A stretch of DNA of 64,000 nt. Source: Spizellomyces punctatus DAOM BR117 (Eukaryota). Position numbers and translations under genes: made by a program. Below the pieces are notes generated by a model, which was given only the letters and a program-made list of their open reading frames with translations, did no database searches and had not been told where the DNA came from. This document shows, one piece after another, positions 12,674-24,362 of this stretch (position 1 is the first letter of the stretch; each line of letters opens with the position of its first letter). The stretch lies in the NCBI GenBank assembly GCA_000182565.2, contig KQ257466.1, one strand, 5' to 3'.

Positions 12674-15337
12674 ATGCACATCTCGTCAACGCCGTCGCTG
12701 TGGGCTGCGACATCCACAGGACCCTTGGCGGGAGCTCCGATAACCAGTGAAAAGTCCTGGATGAACTCGCGTCCTAGTTCAAAAGCACAAGGACGATCCC
12801 CGTCGTCAAAAATGCGTCCAATGGGTCTTGGTGCAGCAAAGTCATCGTCGGCTATCTCTGTGCTGAACATGGGGCAGCCACTAATGGAGACTAGGTCAGG
12901 ATCCACGCCACTTGCAAACGGCGGTATCAAATTGGCGACCGATGAAAAAGGCGGAGTTCTACTTCGTACTGGTCGGAGTGCTATGAACTTGATGAAACTG
13001 GATGCCGACGCCGTCCTTCCTCGTCCAAACGGTGTCACGCACAGCATGATGAACATTAGTCGTACACAATCGGCTGCACAGGTTGATGCAGAAATGCCGA
13101 TGAGAAACGTTACTTCGCCAGCAGGTCCACGACGTCCACAAACCCGACGCATCCGCAGCTCAGCAAATCTCATCACGACCAGTCCATCTCGACCTCAACC
13201 ACAGAGTACGATAAGTATGGGTATGTTTGGACCCATGTCAGCGTCTGCAGAGCTTTTGAAACAGCAAAGTTCCCCAGCTCTGCATGCCACTAGTGAACTC
13301 GCTGTGGAAGTCAAACCATCCCATGCACCCACACCACCTGCACAACCACCTGCACAACCACCTGCACAACCACCTGCACAACCACCAGCTTCCTTCAACC
13401 GGCGTCGAATGGCATCAGATCCTGTGATGAGCTCCCCGCGAACGTCCCTACTACCAACCATAGAACCTCAAAACAGAGTAATGTCAAAGAAGGATCGGAA
13501 TAAACCCCAAAGTGTTCAATATGATGAACAAAGGCCTCAGACCGAACCGCCGGAGCGCAATAACGACGAAACAGGTCATGACTCTATGGAATCAACAAAA
13601 GGTGACCTCTCAAGTCGTTTAATGACGAGTCCAAAACCAATTTGGAGACCCGGTGGAACGGATCTACAGGCGCGGGAAGAATTCGTACGAAATCGTAAGT
13701 TTCCGTCTAATCAACCCAACTTGGAACCGAATCTGTTATGAGCAAGTAATATTCATGTATCTTGCACAGGTAACAAAGCACGAGCGCTGGCAATGCGAGC
13801 ACGCAAAGAAAACAAGTCCAGGCGAGCCAGAAAACGATATGAAGATGACGAGTCGGATGAGGATGAGGATGCCTCGGACGAAGGAGTTGCAAAGGAAGTC
13901 GTTCGAGTGACTTTTGCAGAAGACAATGAACGAAAGTCTAGAGCGAGCCGCGGAAGAAAACTAGATGATGGTAAGCATTGCCTTGCAAGTACGTGCAGAG
14001 CCATTGAAAATCTCTCATTTCTTGAATTCCTTTTATTTAGACCGCCCTGATACCGCTTCCACCCTCCAGCTCCCAGTCGCTCCCATTCTACGACGAAGGT
14101 CGATTGTCCGACGAATTCAAGATCCTGAAATTACCACTGCCCAGACATACGATGCTACAAATCGATTGGCACCGCCTCACTCAGGCGCTTACCCCCGTCT
14201 CTCAAAACCTCCAAAAGCCCGAAAAAGAACGGGAGCGGAGGAAGATGATATGGAAGTAGAGGAAGAAGGTAAATTCTTGGTTCGCGTTTCTGGTTTTCCA
14301 TATGTGGAGTTTGTATCAATCACGTTTTAACCCTCTTGCAGCTACAGTTGAAGCCCCTTTGCCACCAAGTCAAAATCACACACTCCGCACTATATTCCTG
14401 AATGGTATGCCGTCGTATAATGCCTCTTGGTTACTTCAATCCAAAATAACATTCCATCCTGTTACAGATTTTACCATTCTGTCGACGCATGCAACCACTC
14501 TCCAGGATATAGAAATGCAATACGTTTTACGGGATGTGGATGCAATTGGAATGAAGCCCCAAGGGTGGACCGAAAGGACGATTGATGCTTCGGATGTTCC
14601 CAACATGTGCTGGAATCTGTTCAAATATCTAAGATGTGGGGATGCGGGTGTACCAACAAATAAGGGGTTATTGCCCGATGATGCGGCTGGCAGAATGTTG
14701 ACTTTTATGGGTATGCTGCTCTTCTATCAACAGGTTGCCTTACATCTTCTGACTTGAATATGTTTGTCATTTACTAGGTAAATCAGGGGTTACGGACCAG
14801 GATAAGCTCTCCTTTCTACGATCAGAGGTTTTCAACTTGGATCGAAAACGATATCTCTTTTTAAAGGCCATTATTGGACACATTCACAGGTGAGAACCAA
14901 GTGTAAGCCTAGCACCGCGAAAAGATCCTCGTATAACGATTTACTTCAACAGACTATCCCGAATAACGATTCCTCATCCACATACCCTTATCACTAGCCT
15001 CTCATCATCATTCGCACCTCTCATTCTTCCTCAAAAATACTGCCCACCCTCATCAGCAAGCCAGCCGCAAACACCTCTTATCAAGCTCAGCGATCTGCGA
15101 CCTGTCCCAGGATTCCGTCCGCAAGAAGCAGCTGAAGCTCCACCCCTGAGTCCACTACTACCCACGTTGTCTGCTGCGGAATTGACAGAGGATGACGAGA
15201 GGGAGATCATGCTGACATGCTTGACGAACGATGACTTTGAAAAATGTATCCAAGGCGATTGGTGCTGTGCTCCATTGACTCCGCAAGCGGCTGCGTTGGA
15301 GTTGATGGCTAATAACTTTGACGTTGTTTTCGGGTAG
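12674..15337 (+). CDS. Multi-exon protein with disordered N-terminus and C-terminal degenerate RhoGAP-like domain
   Basis: Exons join at GT-AG sites (e.g. 13696-13769). C-terminal part WNLFKYLR..LLP..LSFLRSEVFNLDRKRYLFLKAIIGHIHRL..LSSSFAPLILP resembles RhoGAP helices. Confidence 0.6.
13333..13386 (+). repeat. Coding 12-bp tandem repeat (ACCACCTGCACA x4.5; PPAQ repeats)
   Basis: Perfect tandem units read directly from the sequence. Confidence 0.95.
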
Positions 15338-15436
15338 GGCGATATACCGTGCAGGGTTTGATCAGAAGGTGTATATAGTTCGCGAGCGTAGTTAGCTAGC
15401 TGCCCAGACTAGTCTTAGCATCAATACCAGTGTGCC

Positions 15437-16339
15437 CTACAAAGCCTTCCCAGTCATCGCGTCGGTGGAAGGCACCATCTTCCCATTTATATAACGATAA
15501 CTTGCACCATCTCCTACGTTATACTTGTAATAATTGTTCGTGCCAGCGACATTAATCGCCTTTCGGAAAGTAATGTTGATCCTTGGTGAAGCCGTTGCGC
15601 GCTTCGGAATGGCATGGAGCCATTCTTTCTGTGTTGTCCCTTGCATCACCAGCAGATCCCCGTCTTCCAGGACAAACTTCTCCTTCTTGGATTTATCTTC
15701 TTTGTGTTTCATCAAAAAGTCCCTCGTTCCGCCCAACGTCAGCGAGGCTATGGAGGGGTTAGGACCAAGGAAGGACTCATCATCTGCATGATAAGTGATA
15801 GAGTGGGAACCATCATGGTAATAGTTTAGGAGGGTAAAGTTGTAGGTGGCACCCGTTGCACTTTCGACATGCGCTTTGAGGATCTGAAGTGGCATGGGAA
15901 TCGGACGAGGTGGCTGTTTGTAGAATGATGCGGGAGACTTGGTTTCGTCAATTCCAAAGACAGTCGTAAATCGTGGCGTGTTGACCTGTTACGAATCTTT
16001 AGTAGATAGCCAAGAGAAATCAGCTTGCGCAGTCATCAATTCTACCTCCATTCCTCTGATCTTGTATTGCACCTTGTACCAGTTCAGTGACTCGAGACAC
16101 CACGTCATGAACTCTTTCGCCATCGATTTAGTGATAAACTGCTTAAAGTATAGCAAATCTAGTCCTGGTGACTTTTTGATAACCCTACGAAGCGCTACAT
16201 TGATTGCGGGAGATACGTCCGGTGCGTCTCTTTTGGGTAATTTTGAAGCTGGAGCCTGCGCGGACTCATCGTCTGCCTTCTCGTCGGCGGACCTGCGGCG
16301 TTTCGAAGAGGGTTGGAATAGTTCGTCGATTCTTGGCAT
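15437..16339 (-). CDS. AlkB-family 2OG-Fe(II) dioxygenase, ALKBH2/3-like (intron 15986-16045)
   Basis: TPRFT, NFTLLNYYHDGSHSITYHADDE (HxD), IASLTLG, WLHAIPK, RINITFR. Confidence 0.92.
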
Positions 16340-16709
16340 TCTAAAACGATATCACAGTTCAGGCAAGGCAGCATTGGACAGGTTTTTTAACGCTTGCGGC
16401 AAAAAGGACACTAAAGCCGCTTACGTCACGGCCTAACGATCTCGATCGCAAAGCTGCCCTGCTCAACTTGCGGATAAACAGAAAAACGAAATGCATCATG
16501 TCAAAATGAATATATTTCAGCTAATGGCTATCCCATCTCTTCTTGAGTGAGCCTGCGTACGATATCTCGAATATACAAAATTTTCTGCAATTCATCATAT
16601 ACATGTCCCGCCCTAACATTACGCGGGGTTGCTACGGGTTGCTACATATCCGACCCAAGTGTTTTCCCATCGTGCCCAGGAATACTCTCTCATCCAACGG
16701 ATCAACGGA

Positions 16710-17182
16710 TTACTTCTTTCCCATCTTCTCGTACGCGGCTTGAATGTCCCTGCAAGCCGCGGAAGCTTCGCGGCAAGACTGAGCGCAAGTCTGGCAGTGA
16801 TCGGTTTTGTGCTGCGAGAAAGACAAGAGAGATATAGCATCGTAATACCGAAATGTGGAAAACAGCAAAGACGTACACTGGCGCACATCTCAGCACAGTG
16901 GTCGCATGCTTTGGCGCAAATAGCAGCAGTCTCGCCTGCGTGCATGGAATTGACGGACATCAAGCGCATGGTAACATTACATAGTTCTGTCAAACATACA
17001 TGTCCATAAGTAAGTCACTCACACCATTGCACAGACAACGTGAATTATATACCAGCACAAGCTTTGCAATGGCCGTAACAATCCATGTTTTCTTCGATAG
17101 CGCGGTTAGCACATTCTTCGCAGGTCAGCATACATTGAGCAAGAGAGTTGGAATGCTTCATGCGGAATTTAGCGTCCATCAT
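16710..17182 (-). CDS. Csp3/DUF326-like four-helix-bundle copper-storage protein, 113 aa with 15 Cys (introns 16987-17052, 16812-16876)
   Basis: Spliced protein MMDAKFRMKHSNSLAQCMLTCEECANRAIEENMDCYGHCKACAELCNVTMRLMSVNSMHAGETAAICAKACDHCAEMCASHKTDHCQTCAQSCREASAACRDIQAAYEKMGKK has repeated CxxC/CxxxC helices. Exon lengths 130+110+102 = 342 nt give a clean frame. Confidence 0.88.
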
Positions 17183-17970
17183 TATATGATTCAGTATTGG
17201 GGACTGTGTAGTTGTGACTGGTGGATAGGCCTAGATTGGTAAAGATTTGGAATGTGGGGAAGAAGCTCGTGGGGTCAACCTTTAAAAGCGAGTGTGGGGT
17301 AATTTGAAGCCTGACGTTTGGTTTGGCTGTGTTGAGTTGACTACACTGGGCAAATATACCGCGGATGGAGTGACGGGTTTCTACCTGGCGGGTTTGCACA
17401 GTACCAGTAATGTGTGCGTCACGTTCTCCAGTGCACACTCATGCTTGCTCGTGCACAAGTCCCGTCAAGCCATATTACCAGAATCTTAATCGGAGGAGGA
17501 CACTTCACACCAACAGATTGTCCCCTGTCACGGTTTTGATGGGTCGCTATCTACCCCTATAAAAAACTGGCAGAAACAAGCATGGGAGCTGCTTTCAATA
17601 TCGTCAAGCAATATTTTCGATTGACTATCCAAATGCTGTTGACACGAGGAGTGGTACCGAAGCATGAGTGATTGCGAGCGAAAAGTAGCTGCACCACGGC
17701 ATCCAAAACTGCTGAGGAGGCGATCCTGTACCTGTCATAGTGTGTGGGCAAAAAGGACTGAAGAGTCTGCAGATAGATGCAGAATGAGATGAAATGCAAG
17801 ATGCCTCCTTCGATTTAGGCAAATGAACTATGCACAAGCTCCATCATGAAAAACGGGTCCAATACAAAACATGAACGGTGCAATTACTATCCCTTGCGGC
17901 CCATCTATGAGAGGAATATTCTGCGGTTGCCACCTGCATACATGCATGACTCAATATATCCAGTCTTTTT

Positions 17971-18498
17971 TCTATATAAACCCCCCTCTTCTTCTTCCCT
18001 CTCGTTTCTTTATCCTTGACTCTCAAAGCATCTGCCCAACGCTCAAGTCTCAAGTCCATCATGAGAATACTGCTCTGGTGCCGAGGACCTTCCCGATGAC
18101 TACAACCAACTGGAACCAGCAACAATTACTCGGAACCAACAAAACTGCTATTATGCTGCCACATTTGTTGAGCTTGGTTGGTATCTACCAACAGCATTTC
18201 TTTTCATTCTGTCATTCATCTCGCTGACATGCAGTTTTTTATAGTCTCCAAGCCTTGTCACTGAAGATCCTCCAGCTTGCGAGTCTCCCCAATGTTGCAA
18301 AGACTCTGGCTTCAATGCCATCAAGAGTTCTGGATTACGTATTGCGTGTATAATTGTCTAGTAGTTAGTTAGCTTTTCCGAACCGGTTGTCGCTGGTTTA
18401 TTCCCTGGTGTGGAGGCACTGACATTTGTCTTTGCCAATACACTAATCTTGTCACTATTTATGCAGCGTGCACCAGAGGTGGACATTTCAAGAAATAG
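17971..18498 (+). other. Small spliced transcription unit, copy A (lncRNA, or recoded/pseudogenised small-peptide gene)
   Basis: TATA at about 17973, ATG 18061, predicted introns 18181-18244 and 18339-18466. Colinear similarity to 54013-54510(-). Confidence 0.65.
18372..18411 (+). ncRNA. Conserved structured RNA block, copy A
   Basis: GCTTTTCCGAACCGGTTGTCGCTGGTTTATTCCCTGGTGT is 39/40 identical to the reverse complement of 54068-54107. It forms the stem AACCGG/CYGGTT. Confidence 0.6.
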
Positions 18499-18637
18499 AT
18501 CAAGTATTCATTTGATAACTTTGTACACAGAAATCCCAGAACTCTCAAACTTCAAATAAACGGTCATTCTTTAAAGTATTGAATTTCCTTTCCAACTAAC
18601 ATCCATTCATTCTTTCGCTGAAAACCTTTCAGACCCT

Positions 18638-19757
18638 CTAGTTTCCAGCAACGACACCGGGTTCATGGTAAGGGTAATGGTACTGCTTTGAGAAATGGTG
18701 CCTGCGAGCCGGGTGCCTGAAGCGAGGGAGAACATCCCTGTGAGGCACGGCTTCAGTCATAACGTAGCAGGCTACACGATAGAGTGCCAGCAAGGAGGAT
18801 GCAAGCCAAAAGTACTGCATGAGGGACACTTTTAGTTGGTGATATTCAGAACGTTGGAGAGAAATAGAACTTACCCCGAGGATTTTGATAAGAGCTGTGG
18901 AGTGCAGAAACCAGCCTTTGGGATAGCAAATAAGGTTAAGAAACCATGTTTAGAATAAGAAAATTATTCATCTAGATGTTACCTAGCACACCAAAGACGG
19001 ATCCCGTCGCCAGCGTGAATAAGGTACCAGTCCAAGCAAGATCCCGGAACATGCTACGCACAAAATCGGTTAGCGTTGACATCTTTCCACACCCGATATT
19101 GACGGTAAATATGGCGCAAAACACTTACGCAGCAGCCGTCAAAACATAAGTGAAAGCCGCCAGTGGAGCCATCCAAATGCCCCAACCAGCATTGTAATCA
19201 TAGCGATCGTTAAGAGGGATTGAGCCAGCACCCATTAGACCAAGGGACAAACTGACAGCGATATAAAAGCTGCCCCACATTGTGTGGAAGATCGAAGCAA
19301 GGGTATCACGAGCACTGCATTGTGATGTACATATCAGCACCAAAAGAAGGGTATGATGCTTGAAACGAGAAGAAACTCACTTGAAAGCCCACATTCCAGC
19401 CGCGAATTGACCGAATCCGCCAAATGTCAACACAAAAGGCCAAAGCCTGAAGGGAGTCTCGGGATTCCCGTACCACTCTGTCAACCACGTCGCTACAATG
19501 AACGTTGCCGTCGCATAGCTGGCCAGGCCCATAGCCGACGGAGGAGCAATAGGCTTAAGGTGTATTCGAACAGGTGGAGGCGCATTGGGAAGGTCGTACC
19601 CTCCGCCTGTTGCGGTGCCAGGACGATCAGAAAGGGCGCCTCCTGCATCGCCTAGCGTGTATGTACTAGGGTATGTATAGTTTGTCGGGTTGTTCAAGGC
19701 TTGCGCGGGGGCGTCGCTTGGCTGACGACTCCCACGGAGGGCATTCGGGAGGTGCAT
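18638..19757 (-). CDS. GPR1/FUN34/YaaH (ADY2/SatP-like) acetate/ammonia transporter (multi-exon)
   Basis: IAPPSAMGLASYATATF, FGGFGQFAAGMWAFKARD, HTMWGSFYIA plus further TM helices across GT-AG introns. Confidence 0.88.
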
Positions 19758-21148
19758 TATGCAAAATATATGTTTTCAAAAGGTACAAGTCCCAGTTGGG
19801 ATATCAGATGCACTTGAGTTGTAAGTGCCTATACAAGATGAGGAGGGACCGAACGCACAATCTTTTTTAAATGCAGCCCCATATCCCAGGCGTCCGTGTC
19901 ATACGCGACAACGCATCTCTTCCCGGCCAGGGCCAGAACACTAGTCAACTTGTTCAACATGATCAATGACGTGCATTGGCCCCTTGTCGTAGTCAGAAGA
20001 TGGGGATACCTATCACATATATGCGCTGGAACCAATATAGCGAAAAATGAAGACCCTCAGTTAGTGACGAATGGATTACGTGCCGTGAACTCTTTACCCG
20101 TCTATTTTGGTCTCCTGGTCGCTGCCTCGGTTGATATTTGTTGATTTTTACATAGGTGCAGAATGGGACACCTTTACTTGGCATAGGATCATTTTTATTT
20201 ACTGACATCATTGTTGATGTCGAGGCGTAGAATATATTCCAAACTGTCAGATCAGAGCCATCAGGTTTACTGCTGTTGTGAACGACAAAGGCAGTACGTG
20301 GAGGCAGACAAGGATGGAGCATGACCTTGTGTATGCTATGGAATTGTTTCTATTCCCTCAACCATTGAGATTGCTTCTTATTCATGACATGGACAGGGTG
20401 TGGACGCTCGTACTCTGCGCGTTTACTTTGATGCTTAGGCACGCGCCAAGCTTATGGGACGAACTCAGCCGCCATTATTCGATAGGCAAAGGACACCTCT
20501 AATCTCCAGATATTGGGCAGCCATCAATTACTCTCTTTGTGTTGATGCGAGACCAATATTGAAGGTAGAAATAACCTGAACTTGGAATATTGAAAATATT
20601 TCTCGATTGGACACTATTTCTTGCCTTCATGCCTGTGCTTGCAAGATCGCGGACAAGGACACATGAGTTGAGTACTCATTGGTAATACAGACGCACTCAG
20701 GAATGCAAGGACAGTGCTCCAGAGATTCTTAAATGGAAAATAAATCAAAGGCTTTCTCGCGCAAAGATACAAATATGATTATCAGGGGAGTATTATATTT
20801 TCAAAGTAATATCCTTCAGATGGTAAATCCTATATCATGTCCCCTCCCTATGCATAGTTTGCCACCCGGTCGTTTTTGCCCGCCATGGATCCAAGGTGAT
20901 GACCATTACTTCTTTGCCCATCACGGCGGTCGGATCATCGATTTAGTTTCGGTTTGGTCGATGGACTTTCAGTGCATTTTTTTGACCTGCCGAATGACCG
21001 CAGGTATATCCCCGCAGTTTGTGTCGCATTTTATGCAGCTCCCGGGTAGCGTTTCATAATGATTGATACCCGTCGGGTTTGTATTGGTGTTTGCCGAAGT
21101 TAAAGTACCGGAAAGGCGATTAAACAGGAGAGTCTTCCGTGGCTCAAA

Positions 21149-21355
21149 TCACTTGAACAAGCCCGAGATCCATCCTCGGACCTTGTCCGTTTTCGAGGCT
21201 GTGGAATCCGAGGAATCGCGGGTCAAACTCTTGGAGAGCTTCAAACCTCGTGTTGATGTCGCTGTGGGCGAATCAAGCTTTGCGGCGTTCTTTCCTTGAA
21301 GGAGACCCTTCTTGGGAGCGAAGATGGCAAGGTGAGATGGAGTAACGTGGCCCAT
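21149..21355 (-). CDS. Putative 68-aa small basic protein
   Basis: TATAAAA about 105 nt upstream, CAA-rich leader, good ATG context (ACAATGG), amphipathic C-terminus VRGWISGLFK. Confidence 0.5.
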   Translation of the reverse strand: MGHVTPSHLAIFAPKKGLLQGKNAAKLDSPTATSTRGLKLSKSLTRDSSDSTASKTDKVRGWISGLFK

Positions 21356-23450
21356 TGTTGTTGGTTGTTCTTTTGTTTGTGTGAGAAGGAGAAAGTGTTT
21401 TGACTGCTTTGAGTGTTGGTTGTCTGATGGGAGGGGATGTTCAAAGCATTCCCTTCTTTTATAGAATTCCTCATCCCCCCAGCGTCATCGCCTCGCACCT
21501 TCCACAACGTTCCACATGATATCTCATCTGATTCATTTCGTCCTTGTACCAGCACAGTGAATCAAATTCTTTGGAAATCAGCAACACAGGAGGCAAATTC
21601 GCCAAGAATAAGCAGGCAAAAAAGGAGCCACGAAAACTGCTTCCACACAAATGAGTTCCTTTGAACGTTGCACTTGAAGATCCGGTCACTTGCTCACATG
21701 AGTTGAATTTGGGGCTGTGTGCGCAGCTTGTTCGGGAAACACGGAGGTCCACCAATGATGAGTCAAACAAGGTTTAATTATTTGTCATTTTAAGGTTGGT
21801 TGTGTCATGTGCTTTTTTTCATTGGTTTCCACACAGCCACTCAGCCAGTCAAATTTTGGCTTTAAAGTAGGTCACATGGGAAGACATGGTTGCCAGTATT
21901 GCTAGAGTAATCGTTATTGGGAGGTGAGTAACCTGTGGTTCTTGCCGTACAGTGACAGAACCGCTAGGGTAACCACCAAAATCGCTCAGATGATGGGCCC
22001 CGATGCAGTGCTTGTGCTACTGAAAAATAGGGTCGGATCCAATCCCTTCGCTTTTAGGGTAAGGCCCCGAACAAGTGGTCCATCTTACGGCGTTCTGAAT
22101 CGAATCCAAACTTTTCCATCAACGTGCACGACACATAGTAGCACGTTCTATCCGCACAGAACACAACCCACGTTGCTTTTACATCCGAGTACAACGGCTG
22201 ACTTCGTTCAATATCTCGTCATGAGTACTGATTAAGCAATCGAAATGGCTGGGCATGCTCCGGTCGCTTAGTCAGTTAGCATGCCAACGCCGAACTTGGA
22301 ACAGCATCGCATCATGGTTTCAAATTCTAGTTGCAACAGGACATTGTTACATTAAGCACTTGACAAAGATGGGTATAGATCAAGGGTGGATGTCCCACGA
22401 CAGGGAAACGCAGGCTCCCTCATTCGTTTTACAGGCGATTACCAATATTTCCTGTCATAGATTACTATCAACCAAGACAGCCACTTCAAAGGCATTAGCC
22501 AAGAAAAGGAGTGATCACGCGTGCATAGAATATCGAATCCCCAAAAATAGTTTTAAATACGGGCAGGAGACTAGATAAGCTTGACTGTTACAGACTGCAT
22601 AATCAGCTATAGCTACGGAGCCTCCTTCCAAAATGTGACCAAGGGGGAGAGCACTGAGCTTGATGATGCTTTTGTGCACATCATTAAGTGGACCAAATCA
22701 GGGTCATTGCTCTCCGCAGCAGTGAATGGGCCACACCTGACCTAAGACGAAAGCTGCGGGATGCAATTTGTTTATTTATTGCTCTGAAACGGTTCAGTAT
22801 TGCAAAGACGCCCATATATATTCAATATTGATAGCTGCCAAGGGAAACAAAGCAACCGGGTGGAGGGAAGCTGAGGGTTAAGAGTTTATAAACAATCCCA
22901 GTGACTCGGGTGCAGCCTAGGTGCACGCCGCCAACGTACATTAGCATTGTCGGTGCTGCCTACTAACAACTGCTGGGGGAGCTGTAGCAGAGAGGCGATG
23001 GGTTGCAAAGGAAACATCTGCAGGTTTGCAAGTTTGTGGGACAATTAGCGAGACTTCGCACTACTGTTTGCATTTTGCCTGCAACTCTCGAATCCACGTG
23101 ACCAGCATTACAAGTACAAAACCTCGAGCAAGTTCAAAGAAACTTTCAGGATTAAAAATGTGCAAGTTCAAAGAAACATCCAAGTTACCAAGTCATATGC
23201 TAGGAAATGATCTTTGTGGGGAGAGCGTGGAACTCTGGCTTCGCTGGTCTGTACATACCAAGGTCAACCATGTTAGTCAAGATGTAAGTCAGCGACATTG
23301 ATGAGATACACGTTCATGTTACTATTTTGGTGACCCTGGTCTATATCCGTCCACACGCGGGTTGCGTGCATTCATCAATGCATGATGGGCATCAAATGAA
23401 ACTGATGAACATTTTCAACTCACTCACCTTCTTATCCAATTCGAGGGTGC

Positions 23451-24362
23451 ATGCTTAATACCAACACCATGCGGCCTCGTCCATCTCCCGAAAACGCCTA
23501 CATTCCTTCACATACTTCCACATCTCCATCGCGAAAGCCCTTCTCACAAAAGAGATTCGCTGATGGGGCACGGAATCCGCAGCCGCCTGATCCGATGGCC
23601 TATGGGTATCCAGGATATGCGTACCCACCTCCCCCTATGCCGTACTACGATCCAAGGATGTTTATGCAGCAGAATGCATCGTCGTATGGGATGCATGCAC
23701 CTCCACCACCGTGGTTTCAGCAATTCCAGCAAGAACACCGACAGAAGCTTTAACACTTGAAACCACTTTGAAGGAAAGGTATATCGGTATTTTTGACGCC
23801 AGAAATGATAGCCTCCCTTCTCAGTACAACCATCAACGCCCTCACCACACCCAACATAGCCAACAACCTTACTATCGTCCTCCAATTCTCCAACAGGCGT
23901 ACCCTCTAGATCCCTCACCTCGTCCTCATGCCCCGATGACAACAAAGGAGCGATACACGACGTATCGTGCGGGACCTGGATCTATCGAGAGAACTGGAGC
24001 AGATTATCAGCCATATGGGTTGAAGGAGTGGGCAGAGTTTCGGAAAAGGGATCGTGAGATGAAATTGGCTACGGGTGTAGGACCAAGAAAAGAGGATGAG
24101 ACGTTTAGAAAAGCTGTAAGGCGCTAATTTGCTTTGAATATGCAAGGATTCCGCAGATCATCTCACATTTTTTTAATACTTTCTCGTTTCAAGCATGAGA
24201 AACTGGTGAGGATGAATGAGTACAGCGAACGAGTGAGTTCCCTTTCTTGGTTGAACTCTGGTCATGCCAGTTTTATAACCATTTACCCTTGGCTTCCTGA
24301 AGGTCGACCGCCTACGAGAAGACGCCACAACAAAGAGTACAGCTTCCAAGTCATCCGTCTAG
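23451..24362 (+). CDS. JHY-like ciliary protein; contains an apparent -1 frame break at about 23750 (introns about 24116-24193 and 24233-24302)
   Basis: YQPYGLKEW...MKLATGVGP...HEKLVRMNEYSERV resembles the JHY C-terminal motif. The upstream Pro/Gln-rich ORF stops at CTT TAA with no good intron to bridge the break. Confidence 0.55.

Noticed and set aside
18061-18498. Copy A as a selenoprotein (two in-frame TGAs) or a hydrophobin
   Set aside because: The paralogue shows the conserved middle motifs lie in the +1 frame and it has no TGA. No SECIS core was seen, there is no signal peptide, and the Cys spacing does not fit the 8-Cys hydrophobin pattern.
19800-20900. Short ORFs on both strands
   Set aside because: No domain signal; consistent with intergenic sequence.
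21759-21765. Scattered TGA(C/G)TCA sites (also 17947, 48069) as a GCN4 regulon
   Set aside because: Several such 7-mers are expected by chance in 64 kb.
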